Of a stretch of 64,000 bases of DNA, positions 37,352 through 46,602 are shown piece after piece (the stretch's first letter is position 1; each line of letters opens with the position of its first letter). The position numbers and the translations under genes are program-made. The notes under the pieces are model-generated. The model saw only the letters and a list, made by a program, of their open reading frames with translations. It did no database searches and had not been told where the DNA came from. Source of the stretch: an uncultured Desulfospira sp. (lineage in GTDB: Bacteria; Desulfobacterota; Desulfobacteria; Desulfobacterales; Desulfobacteraceae); contig OY760175.1 in assembly GCA_963663165.1 (NCBI GenBank), forward strand, positions 1,664,001 through 1,728,000, in the 5' to 3' direction.

Positions 37352-38365
37352 TTATTTGTTTTCAGCCCGGACGGCCTCAAGTTCGTTCATGTATTGCTCG
37401 AGCAGTTCCGTGCGCCCGCTTTCCTTTCCCGCCCACCATTCCAGCGTGGGTTTCAAGGCGTCTTTCCATTGCTGGACTTCCCCGGCGGTCAGCTTGATAA
37501 TCTGGGTCTTTGGATCGGTTTGGGCCATGTCGTACAACTCTTTGCCATGGTCGACAACGGCCTGCTGCCACATCAATCCAAGCTTGGGCCCGTTTTCGAG
37601 AATGGCTGACTGCGCCTTTTCAGGAAGGCTGTCAAACTTGGGCCGGTTCATGACCACAGCCAGGGGAAAGGTGCCCAGAGGGGCCACGGTATGGTATTTG
37701 GCCACATCGGCAACCCTGAAGGTAATGACGGCGCTGTCGTCATTAATGGTGCCTTCGATGACGCCGCGGCTTAAATTCTCAGCGGCCTGAACATATTGCA
37801 TGGCCACGGGAACCGCGCCGAGGTTGTGAAGCACCTGGGCCCAGAAGTCATTTCCCGCCCGGATTTTGCGCCCTTTGATGTCCTCAGGCACCCGCACCGG
37901 GAAAGTAGTATGCAAATGAAACACATCGGTGGTGTAATGGGCAACGCAGATCAGGTCTCCCGTATATCCTTTGAGCAGCCCCTTGTCCAGCATGCGCTGG
38001 GAGGCAATGGTGGATTCAAACCCGTTTTCGGCAATCCCCGGCAGGGTGAACACCTCGTCCTGGGGGAACCGTCCCTGGACATAGGGCGGATTAAAATAGG
38101 TCAGATCGGCCACCCCGTCAGCCACCAGTTTGGCCTGTACCCGTGAATCCCGGCCCAGGGTCCCGCCGGGATAGACCTGGATTTTCACGGTTCCTTGGGA
38201 TGCTTTTTCAACAATTTCACACCAGGGCTCGTAGGCCTTTTTAACGGTTGGGGCCTGGGCGGAATCCACCACCGCAAATTTCAAGGTTACCGGATTGGCC
38301 AGCGCTGACTGACCGATGAATAACGCAAACACTGCCAATAAAACTGAAAAACAACCCTTTTTCAT
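37352..38365 (-). CDS. dctP: TRAP transporter substrate-binding protein
   Basis: Signal peptide; VYPGGTLG, GRFP, EDIKGRKIR (conserved carboxylate-binding Arg), LSRGVIEG. Confidence 0.9.
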   Translation of the reverse strand: MKKGCFSVLLAVFALFIGQSALANPVTLKFAVVDSAQAPTVKKAYEPWCEIVEKASQGTVKIQVYPGGTLGRDSRVQAKLVADGVADLTYFNPPYVQGRFPQDEVFTLPGIAENGFESTIASQRMLDKGLLKGYTGDLICVAHYTTDVFHLHTTFPVRVPEDIKGRKIRAGNDFWAQVLHNLGAVPVAMQYVQAAENLSRGVIEGTINDDSAVITFRVADVAKYHTVAPLGTFPLAVVMNRPKFDSLPEKAQSAILENGPKLGLMWQQAVVDHGKELYDMAQTDPKTQIIKLTAGEVQQWKDALKPTLEWWAGKESGRTELLEQYMNELEAVRAENK

Positions 38366-38505
38366 GGAACCTCCTTTTGATTGAACCTGTTGTTGTTAAT
38401 CCGATGTGTCCACCGGTTGAAAACACTATCATTTATATCCCCTTTATCAAGGGGTGACGCCGGTTAATAACAGCGGTTTTTTCTATCGGTTTAGCCCCGG
38501 CGGGC

Positions 38506-39474
38506 TTATGCCTCCTTTTTTCGGGTGATCTGGTGAAACACTTTAAGCTGCATCAGCAGATGGGTATTAATGTCATTTCGAATTTCTTGAATATCCCTGC
38601 CGCTGTAATCATACCAGCCCTTTCCGGATTTAATGCCAAGCTCGCCGCGCCGTACTTTTTCCCGCAGGGATTCGGCGGCTTCCGTCCGGTTGCTCAATGT
38701 CTTGTAAATCAGGTCCGACACCCGCTCAGCCGTATCCAGCCCGATCACATCTTCGGCTTCCATGGGCCCAAGACAGGCCAGCCGGAACCCGTAGCTGGCC
38801 TTTAACACCGCATCCAGGTCCTCAGGGGTGACAATGCCTTCATCCAGCAGATAATCCACCTCCCTTTCCACGGCCCCCTGGAGCCGGTTGACGATAAAGC
38901 CGGGGACCTCTTTGCGGACCAGGGCCGGGGTTTTACCGGCCCTGACCATTAAGGCCCTTGTCAGATCCAGTGTTTCCCTTGACGTCTGCTTTGCCCGGTG
39001 AATCTCAACCGCCGGAATGATATGGGCCGGGTTAAAATAGTGAAGCCCCACCACCCGCTGGGGGTTATTCACGCCATCGGCCATGGGGGTCATGGTTAAA
39101 CTGCCGGTATTGCTGGCCAGGATTGCCTCTTTGGGGGCGGCGTTCCCCAGGCGGGCAAACAGCGCCTTCTTAAGATCAAGGACTTCAGGGATACTCTCCA
39201 CCACGAACTGGCAGCCGCTGACCACCGTGTCCAGGTCTGCCAGCAGATGCGGTTTGATCCTTCCCAGGATATCAGGGATCTCATCTTTCAGAAGGCCGTG
39301 GGCCTCAAGCAATTCCAGGTTGGCCTGAATCTGTGTATGGGCGCCATCCAGGGCGGATGCGGCCTGGTCAATCAACCGCACTGAAAACCCGGCCTGGGCA
39401 AACCCCTGAGCAATGCCGCTGCCCATGATACCGGCACCGATGACCGCTATATCCGTTATGTCTTCAAGCTTCAT
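38506..39474 (-). CDS. 3-hydroxyacyl-CoA dehydrogenase family protein
   Basis: GAGIMGSGIA, ESIPE, ASNTG, GLHYFNP, GFIVNRL, GELGIKSGKGWYDY. Confidence 0.9.
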   Translation of the reverse strand: MKLEDITDIAVIGAGIMGSGIAQGFAQAGFSVRLIDQAASALDGAHTQIQANLELLEAHGLLKDEIPDILGRIKPHLLADLDTVVSGCQFVVESIPEVLDLKKALFARLGNAAPKEAILASNTGSLTMTPMADGVNNPQRVVGLHYFNPAHIIPAVEIHRAKQTSRETLDLTRALMVRAGKTPALVRKEVPGFIVNRLQGAVEREVDYLLDEGIVTPEDLDAVLKASYGFRLACLGPMEAEDVIGLDTAERVSDLIYKTLSNRTEAAESLREKVRRGELGIKSGKGWYDYSGRDIQEIRNDINTHLLMQLKVFHQITRKKEA

Positions 39475-39498
39475 TTTGCTTTTATGTCTCCATTATCC

Positions 39499-40494
39499 TT
39501 AGGGTTTGATCACCGTGTTGCGCAGAATGCCGATGCCTTCCACTTCGAGTTCTATGGTATCCCCGGGCTTGATCCATCGGTCCATTTCATCGCCGCATCC
39601 GTTCATGGGAGTGCCGGAGCCGATAAAATCACCCGGATAAAGGGTTTCCGACTGTGAAATCCATTCGATGATCTGGGGGAACCGCCAGAACATGTCCGAG
39701 GTCCTGGCCGAGGACCAGACCTCGCCGTTGATCCGGGCTTCCATTTTAATGTCCGAGACATCGAGCTCATCGGCCGTGACCATGCAGGGGCCCATGATAT
39801 ACCCGGTGGCCATATCCTTGCCTTTGCCCGGCCCAAGAAAGGTGCTGACGTCCTCGGTGAGGACGTCCCGGGCGCTGATATCATTAAAAATCGTATAACC
39901 GGCAATGTATTCGTGGGCTTTGTCTGCCGGGATATCCCTGCCCTGTTTGCCGATATAGATGCCAAATTCCAGTTCATAGTCCAGCTTGTTTGTAAAGGGC
40001 GGCCAGACCACGGGCTCATCCGGGCCGATCACGTTGCCCGGATTGCCCTTGTAGTAGGACGGCCGCTGATACCAGACCGGGGGACTGGGTTTTCCGGTAA
40101 TCTTTTCAAAATTTTTCATATGCCCTTCAAAACTCATGGTATCCCGGACCAAATGGGGTTTTGGCACCGGGGCATGAAGGGTGACCTGATCCGGGGAAAA
40201 CACCACCTGCTCCCCCTGGGGGCCTGTAATGTCCTGCCCGCCGGCCAGGTGTTTGCCGACATAGCCGGCTGTTTCATCGGCGGCATCCCTTGACAGCTGA
40301 CCGCCCTTTAGAAATTCGAGCATGTCCGGGGGCAGCAGTCCTGCAGCAATCTCGTATGCCCGGCCTGTTTTCCGGGATCCGGACAGCAGACTGACATATC
40401 CCATATTCAGGTCAATGATCCGGTTGTTTGCCAGCATGCCCATGCGGATATGTTTGCCCGCCGGGGTCCGGAAGCTGAATGTGACAAGTTTCAT
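39499..40494 (-). CDS. Fumarylacetoacetate hydrolase family protein
   Basis: LDYELE, GYTIFNDISARD, GKGKD, PGDFIGSGTP, GIGILRN. Confidence 0.9.
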   Translation of the reverse strand: MKLVTFSFRTPAGKHIRMGMLANNRIIDLNMGYVSLLSGSRKTGRAYEIAAGLLPPDMLEFLKGGQLSRDAADETAGYVGKHLAGGQDITGPQGEQVVFSPDQVTLHAPVPKPHLVRDTMSFEGHMKNFEKITGKPSPPVWYQRPSYYKGNPGNVIGPDEPVVWPPFTNKLDYELEFGIYIGKQGRDIPADKAHEYIAGYTIFNDISARDVLTEDVSTFLGPGKGKDMATGYIMGPCMVTADELDVSDIKMEARINGEVWSSARTSDMFWRFPQIIEWISQSETLYPGDFIGSGTPMNGCGDEMDRWIKPGDTIELEVEGIGILRNTVIKP

Positions 40495-40525
40495 AAATCC
40501 ATTCTCTTTTTTTAAATTATGATTT

Positions 40526-40762
40526 TCATTTTAAAGTTTTTTGTTTGGAAAACGGTGAAGAACCGGTCCGGATCTCTTGTTGAAATCTGGCCATGCCCAG
40601 GGTTATCCGCTCTGCCTGGGCATCGGCCAGGCGGCCTTTTTTGACCGCATCGCCAAGGTAATCTCCTAAAGTATCCATGATGAAAACACGATCCAGGCCG
40701 GCATAATCCAGGGCTAAGATCAGTTCTTTTAACAAGTCTTGCGGTTCGATCGTCATAAGCAT
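40526..40762 (-). CDS. Small hypothetical protein, first ORF of the catabolic operon
   Basis: 78-aa amphipathic ORF, GC-richer than its flanks; no clear RBS. Confidence 0.5.
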   Translation of the reverse strand: MLMTIEPQDLLKELILALDYAGLDRVFIMDTLGDYLGDAVKKGRLADAQAERITLGMARFQQEIRTGSSPFSKQKTLK

Positions 40763-40850
40763 ATGGTCAAAATTAAAATGTAAAAAACAGGGTGCAAGCC
40801 AGCACCATGTCCTGACAGTTTTCTATTCTGTTTCTATTCTGTTGCTGTTT

Positions 40851-40866
40851 TGCAAATATGATACCG
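40851..40866 (-). promoter_or_regulatory. sigma54 (-24/-12) promoter
   Basis: Minus strand CGGTATCATATTTGCA, GG-N10-GC spacing; AT-rich upstream region; activator gene at the far end of the cluster. Confidence 0.65.
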
Positions 40867-41197
40867 GATTAAAATTAAAGCGCAGGATGAATGGTGAAAA
40901 TATGGTACCGGTCACGGCAAAACAAAAATTTTGTCAATTATTTCAATGGGGAAACATTTAAAATTTTTTATAACAGACCGGCTGAAAATTTATTTTTTGA
41001 AAAAAAGAGGTGGGATTTTCGTGATATTCTGAAGGCAGAAAAAAGAAATGACGATATTTGGTCACAGGAATGTTAACATACGGGCAGCGGCTCGTGACCA
41101 GTTTAAACGCCTGCACCTGATACAGACGTGTAAAGCAAAAGAAACCGGACCAATGCACCAGAAAGAAACGCCCCAGGGCCGGCACGGCATGATTGAT

Positions 41198-41235
41198 AAA
41201 AGGGGGCCTTCAGATAGCTCTTTTGGGCCCCCTTT
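41198..41235 (-). terminator. Probable intrinsic terminator after the IOR gene
   Basis: AAAGGGGGCC...GGCCCCCTTT stem with T4 tail on the minus strand. Confidence 0.6.
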
Positions 41236-41251
41236 GGTGAGGGGTTACGGG

Positions 41252-43765
41252 TTAGACAAGGCCAACCCCGGCGTTAAAGGCGGCAAAGTTGCTGTCCCAT
41301 ATGGCCGGTTTGGGGCTGACGTTTTTCAAGGCCTTGAGCCAGACCTCTTTGGGTACCGTATTGAACGGGGCAAGGGTGCTCAATGCCCCGAGCATGACCA
41401 CGTTGGCGGTCTTGCCGGTGCTGTCCCCAAGGTCCATGGCTGTCTTTAAGACATCGGCCCGGACCACATCAAACCCCTTCAGGGCATTGTCAATGGCCTG
41501 GTCATCGGGGTAACCGGCCGGGTCCATGCCCTGGGGGACCACCTGGGTATTGGCCATGAGGACAGTGCCGCCGGGTTTGAGGCAGGAGATAAACCCGGGC
41601 CGCAGCACCTCGCTTTTTTCCATGACAATAAGGGCATCGGCCGTTCCGGGCAGGATCTGGGGACTGTAAACCTTGCCGCAGCCAAAGGTGGAGATAACCG
41701 GACCGCCCATCTGGGCCATGCCGTGGGTCTCGCCTTTAATCAGGTTCTGCTCGGCATAACCGGCCAGAAAGGCCATCTGGGCCAGAACCTTGCCGAAAAA
41801 CAGATTCCCCTGTCCCCCGACCCCGCGGATGGCAAGGCTGAGGCGGTCCGGGAGGCTTGAGGGGTCAATTTCCGGCAGATTGATTTCTCCAGGCGCTGCT
41901 TGGGCAGCCGGTCCGGCAGATGAGGCCATGGCGGACTTGGCCGCCTGGATCTCTTCGGGTGTGGCCACCCGGATGGCGCCGGCAGGGCACATCTGCAGGC
42001 AGGCCGGGGTGTTGGACACACAGCCGGAACACAGGTTGTTCCAGACCGGGTGGTTGTTTTCATCATATTCAATGCCCGCACAGAAATTGCAGATCCCGCA
42101 CTCTTTGCACTTGTCCGCATCCACAACCATTTTCTGTCCGTAAGCGGTCTTGGGCACCCGGCGGATGCAGGTTCCGTTAATGACAATGATGGTGAATTCG
42201 CCGCCTTCGGCTTTTTTCAAGGCATCCTTTAAGGCGGCCCGGATGGCCTTAAGGTCATAGGCGCCCACTTCAACCACACTTGCGCCCTCGCCCCGCAATG
42301 CATTGGCCAGGTTAAATTTATTTTCCTGCCCTTTATAATTGACCGGGGAGGCCGGGGAGTTCTGGCCGCCGGTCATGGCGGTCCACTCGTTGTCCAGCAC
42401 CACCTTGACCCCCGGGCTGTTCCGGTAAATGGCGTTCCGGGTGGCATCCATGCCCGAATGGCATTCGGTGGAATCCCCGATGACGGAGATGCACTTTGCC
42501 GCTGATTCCGGCTTGGAGGCGACATAACCGGTCCGTTTGCTTTCGCTGGCACCCATGCCCACGCCCGTGTCCATGGCGTTGAGAAAATACAGCAGGGCAT
42601 TGCAGCCGATATCCCCGAAAATGGCCTCAAGGGCTCCCCGGTTTTTCATTTTGGAAACCACCGCGCCAAACAGGGCATAGGGGCACCCCGCACAGATCAT
42701 GGGCGGCCGGGGCACCGGGGCTGTGGATACGGCAACAGATTCGGTCTGATGGCCAAGAAAGTCTGCCACCAGGGCCGGCGTGTATTCGGTAAGGGTGCTT
42801 TGGAATGGCTTTCCAATGACTGAAAGCCCTGCCTGCATACAGGCTTCCTCAATAAAGCGGAACCCGTCCTCAACCACATAGACATCCCCGTCAATGCGGT
42901 CACAAAAAGACTTGATCAGGTTCATGGGCAGGGGATTGGTGAATGCCAGGGACAGAATGTCCAGGTCCGGTTCAAACCGCTCCCTGTACTCTTCCACAAA
43001 AAGGGTGTTGACCCCGTGGGTAATAACCCCTTTTTTGCCCGCCCCTTTGGTCCACTGGTTTAAGGGGGATTCTTCCACCATTTTGATCAGCCCCGGCACC
43101 CGTTCAGCCTGGATCCGGTCGTAACTGGCCCTGGCCATGACCGGCAGGCAGTTAAAGGCATGCAGGTCCCCCATTTTCACAGGATCACGGCGCTGCTCTG
43201 CCATGAGGGAGATCAATCCTTCACTGTGGCACAGGATGCCTGAGGCCAGGATGACCGTGGAGGTGTTGAACTGCCTGGCAATTTTTACGGCAACGGCGGC
43301 GGCTTCGTGCATTTCCTGGTGGTTCCGGGGTTCAAATACCGGCATAAAGCAGCTTTTGAACAGATATTTGGGGTCAATAACATGCTGGGTGGAACTCGGG
43401 GTAAAATCCGAGGCCAAAAAATAGATCAGGGCGCCCCGTTCCTGGGTAAAACAGGATGCACTGGTCACGATATCCCCGGCCTGGAACAGTCCCGGGATTT
43501 TCATGGTGACCACACAGTCCCGGCCGGCCAGGGAGTGGCCGTGCCCCACGCCGGCAGCCACGGCTTCACTCACGGACCAGTTGGCCTCGATCAGGTCCTG
43601 AACCTGGGAAAGCCCCCGGTCCAGCACTTCGGTACTCGGCGTGCCCGGATACCCGTCAACCGCATGAATGCCGGCCCTGACACAGCCGACGGCAAAGGCG
43701 ATATTGCCCTGGAGGACATGGGGTTTGCCGGGTTTGTCCGTACACATTTGTCTGATGGCGTTCAT
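41252..43765 (-). CDS. Indolepyruvate:ferredoxin oxidoreductase, fused alpha and beta subunits
   Basis: GYPGTPSTE, RPPMICAGCP, GDIGC, DNEWTAMTGGQ, CKECGIC ferredoxin motif, Ala/Pro linker, GVGGQG and ETHGMAQMGG. Confidence 0.88.
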   Translation of the reverse strand: MNAIRQMCTDKPGKPHVLQGNIAFAVGCVRAGIHAVDGYPGTPSTEVLDRGLSQVQDLIEANWSVSEAVAAGVGHGHSLAGRDCVVTMKIPGLFQAGDIVTSASCFTQERGALIYFLASDFTPSSTQHVIDPKYLFKSCFMPVFEPRNHQEMHEAAAVAVKIARQFNTSTVILASGILCHSEGLISLMAEQRRDPVKMGDLHAFNCLPVMARASYDRIQAERVPGLIKMVEESPLNQWTKGAGKKGVITHGVNTLFVEEYRERFEPDLDILSLAFTNPLPMNLIKSFCDRIDGDVYVVEDGFRFIEEACMQAGLSVIGKPFQSTLTEYTPALVADFLGHQTESVAVSTAPVPRPPMICAGCPYALFGAVVSKMKNRGALEAIFGDIGCNALLYFLNAMDTGVGMGASESKRTGYVASKPESAAKCISVIGDSTECHSGMDATRNAIYRNSPGVKVVLDNEWTAMTGGQNSPASPVNYKGQENKFNLANALRGEGASVVEVGAYDLKAIRAALKDALKKAEGGEFTIIVINGTCIRRVPKTAYGQKMVVDADKCKECGICNFCAGIEYDENNHPVWNNLCSGCVSNTPACLQMCPAGAIRVATPEEIQAAKSAMASSAGPAAQAAPGEINLPEIDPSSLPDRLSLAIRGVGGQGNLFFGKVLAQMAFLAGYAEQNLIKGETHGMAQMGGPVISTFGCGKVYSPQILPGTADALIVMEKSEVLRPGFISCLKPGGTVLMANTQVVPQGMDPAGYPDDQAIDNALKGFDVVRADVLKTAMDLGDSTGKTANVVMLGALSTLAPFNTVPKEVWLKALKNVSPKPAIWDSNFAAFNAGVGLV

Positions 43766-43805
43766 TGATATCTCCTTATTAAAATTAGATGTATAGTTTA
43801 TATAT

Positions 43806-45890
43806 TTAAGTTAAAATCCTGGCATCTACGACATAAAGGTTATCTTCCACCCCTTTGACCGGATTCAAATCCAGTTCCTTAATCACGGGAAAATCCGTTA
43901 CCAGCCGTGCCGTGCGGGCCAGGGTCATGGCCAGGGTGTCAATACAGACCCCGGGCTCTCCCCTCACCCCTTCAAGAATGGCATAGGAACGGATCTTTTG
44001 AATCATCTGGGTTGCCTCTTCCAGACTCAGCGGTGTTTCAGGGGTGGACAGGGCAAAGCTGACATCTTTGAGAACCTCGGCATGAATCCCCCCAAGGCCG
44101 AACATGATCAGCTGGCCGAATCCGGGATCGTTCACTGTGCCCATGATGATCTCAGGCCCGCTGACCATGGTCTGGAGCATCACCCCTCTGGCATCGGGGA
44201 TGGCCATCAGTTCCTGCCAGGCTTTCACGGCTTTTTCCGGGGTATCAATATGGAGCCTGACACCGCCCACATCGGTTTTGTGCAGGGGGCCGTCCACCTT
44301 CATGGCCAGGGGAAAGCCCATGGCCTTGCAGGCAGGTTCCAGCTGATCTTCAGCGGCAATGACCTGCTGCCCGGGAAGGGGAAAGCCGGACGCCTTGAGT
44401 ACCTGTTTGGTCAAATCTGACGACAGTGCCCCGGTCTGGCCGGACAGCAAGGATTCCAACGCACCACGGTCATAGCCGGACAGATCGGTTGCTTTATTCC
44501 GGAGCCGCGGCCGGTTGACGATCCTGCCAAAAGCCCTGCCTGCCGGCACCTCATCCAGAAAGTAAACCTTTCCCTGCCGGGCCCAGCCGTTTAGATAGTC
44601 CGCACAGGTGGTGGCCGAAGACAGAACCGGGAAAATGGGAATGGGACAGGTCTTTTTGGCCTCCTGAACGGCATCGTAAATCTGCCCGTTGTCGGACAGC
44701 CCTGAATTGCCGGACAGGAAAAAAGCCGCGTCCAGATTTCCGGCCTCTTTTTCACCGAGAATCTCAAACACGGATTTCAGCTGTTCGGCGGTCCGGCTGG
44801 GCAGGCAGTCAATGGGATTTTTAAGGGATGCCTGGGGGGGCAGCACCTGCCCAAGGGCTTCAAGTGTGTCCTCAGAAAACGAAGGCAGGCAGACGCCGTT
44901 TTTTTCAAGTTCGTCGGTGAGCATCACGCCGGGGCCGCCGGCATCGGTGATAATGCAGGCCCGGCTGCCTTTGGGCAGCCGGTTCATGGAGCTTAAGGCG
45001 CAGGCGGTTTCAATCAGGTCAATCTTTGAGGCCACCCGGATAATGCCGGCCTTGTCAAACAGGGCCTGGACCGTATGGTCGGCGGTGGCCATGGCCCCGG
45101 TATGGGAGGCAGCGGCCCTGGCCCCGGCCCGGGAAACACCGGATTTAATGCCGGCAAGGGTACACCCCTTCCGGATCAGGCTCCGGGCATGTCGCAGCAG
45201 CTTCAGGGGCTTGTTCACGGCTTCCATGTATAGCAGGATGATTTTTGAACTGTCCGGCCCGTGGTTTTCATCAAGAAGTTCGAGCATGTCTTCCACCCCG
45301 AGCTGGATGGAATTGCCCATGTTGACCACATGGCTGAACTTAAGCCCCCTGGTCTGGGCCTGTTCCATAAAATAGTCCACGGTGGCACCGGACCCGGAAA
45401 CGAAATCAATGGTGCCGGGTGACAGATCCGGGAGGATACCGGCAAACTTGCCGGCATACACCGGGGTCAGAAACCCGGAGCAGTTGGGGCCGACAATGGC
45501 CATATCATGGGCTTTGGCCGTGTCAAGGATCTGTTGTTCCACGGCCTTTCCCTCGGGAGAGACTTCCCCGAACCCGGCGGTCAATATAATGGTGGCCCGG
45601 TTTCCTTTCCGGCCAAGGGCATCCACCGTGTCCAGTACAAAAGGGGCCGGAATGGCGATCAGGGCCAGGTCCGGGGCATGGGGAAGGGATTCAATATCGG
45701 CATAGGCCGGTTTATCCATAATCTGGGATTCTTTGGGATTGATTGGCCAGAGTTCTCCGTTATAGCCGCTGATCAGGATATTTTCAAACACCCGCCCCCC
45801 GGGTTTCAGACGGTTTTTGCTGGCGCCGATAACGGCAATACTTCTGGGTTGAAACAGATTCTTAAACATCTCATTGGTGTCCACCATCAC
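43806..45890 (-). CDS. ADP-forming acyl-CoA synthetase (acetate-CoA ligase family), alpha-beta fusion
   Basis: SIAVIGAS, GPNCSG, AAASHTGAMA, NPID, HKTDVGGV, ELDLNP..VVDARI. Confidence 0.9.
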   Translation of the reverse strand: MMVDTNEMFKNLFQPRSIAVIGASKNRLKPGGRVFENILISGYNGELWPINPKESQIMDKPAYADIESLPHAPDLALIAIPAPFVLDTVDALGRKGNRATIILTAGFGEVSPEGKAVEQQILDTAKAHDMAIVGPNCSGFLTPVYAGKFAGILPDLSPGTIDFVSGSGATVDYFMEQAQTRGLKFSHVVNMGNSIQLGVEDMLELLDENHGPDSSKIILLYMEAVNKPLKLLRHARSLIRKGCTLAGIKSGVSRAGARAAASHTGAMATADHTVQALFDKAGIIRVASKIDLIETACALSSMNRLPKGSRACIITDAGGPGVMLTDELEKNGVCLPSFSEDTLEALGQVLPPQASLKNPIDCLPSRTAEQLKSVFEILGEKEAGNLDAAFFLSGNSGLSDNGQIYDAVQEAKKTCPIPIFPVLSSATTCADYLNGWARQGKVYFLDEVPAGRAFGRIVNRPRLRNKATDLSGYDRGALESLLSGQTGALSSDLTKQVLKASGFPLPGQQVIAAEDQLEPACKAMGFPLAMKVDGPLHKTDVGGVRLHIDTPEKAVKAWQELMAIPDARGVMLQTMVSGPEIIMGTVNDPGFGQLIMFGLGGIHAEVLKDVSFALSTPETPLSLEEATQMIQKIRSYAILEGVRGEPGVCIDTLAMTLARTARLVTDFPVIKELDLNPVKGVEDNLYVVDARILT

Positions 45891-46004
45891 TACTCCCCTG
45901 GTATCAATTATTAAACTGTTCTAATCAACTGTCCTGATAAACTGTTCATCGGCCCCCCGGATTTGCGCCCCGGCTTCGGGCCGGCTGTATCGAATGGTTT
46001 ATTT

Positions 46005-46018
46005 TTCTGCATACAGAA
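46005..46018. promoter_or_regulatory. Palindromic operator, copy 1 (probable IclR site)
   Basis: TTCTGCATACAGAA, identical core at 46520-46533. Confidence 0.7.
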
Positions 46019-46121
46019 CCTTTTTTTGTATTCTGGAAAACACCCTAATATGGTTTATTGAAGCTTGTCAAGGTCTTTTTTTTTGCTAAGAAACATCCTG
46101 TCTTCAGTGGGTTGGGAGGAG

Positions 46122-46489
46122 GATGTATATTGTTGAGACGTGGGACTTGGGATATGGGGCAGCAAGGGGTTCTCAATGTATGGAATGCTTTTCTCCTTGC
46201 TCTGTCATCCTAAAATCGAGGGCTTCGCCCTCTTTTTTTATATTCTCACGCAAAGGCGCTAAGGCGCAAAGAATACTATTGCCCAAGGGAAGTTAAGCTT
46301 TGCGCCGTTGCGCCTTTGCGTGAGTTTTTTTTAAAGCGTTGCCCACCATTGTCCATAAAACATGTTGTTTGTGAGGGGTAAATCAAACGGGCCATGCTAA
46401 CTACCGGCTTGGGACTTGGGGAGGCCACGGACCCTGCAATCCCCAAGCCCCAAGTCCCATATCCCAAGTCCATTTTATTGGAAATCTAA
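46122..46489 (-). mobile_element. About 368-bp non-coding dispersed element, copy 2
   Basis: Reverse complement of 11190-11549 with one extra octamer unit; sits between two divergent promoters. Confidence 0.8.
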
Positions 46490-46517
46490 TATTGAGGCCG
46501 GCATTTTTAGATAAAAC

Positions 46518-46535
46518 TTTTCTGCATACAGAAAA
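46518..46535. promoter_or_regulatory. Palindromic operator, copy 2 (probable IclR site)
   Basis: TTTTCTG-CATA-CAGAAAA upstream of the B3/B4-IclR genes. Confidence 0.7.
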
Positions 46536-46602
46536 ATGATCTTGTATTTCCCCCAGCCATGATATACCCTGCCACCGGATATCAAACAAAAAAGGAGTTA
46601 TT

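Noticed and set aside
40793..40808. Second sigma54-like motif ATGGTGCTGGCTTGCA
   Set aside because: GG-to-GC spacing is 9 nt, not the required 10.
44689..45375. Long antisense ORFs (e.g. 31288-31998, 35635-36300, 44689-45375)
   Set aside because: Fully overlap well-supported genes on the opposite strand and have no recognisable motifs.
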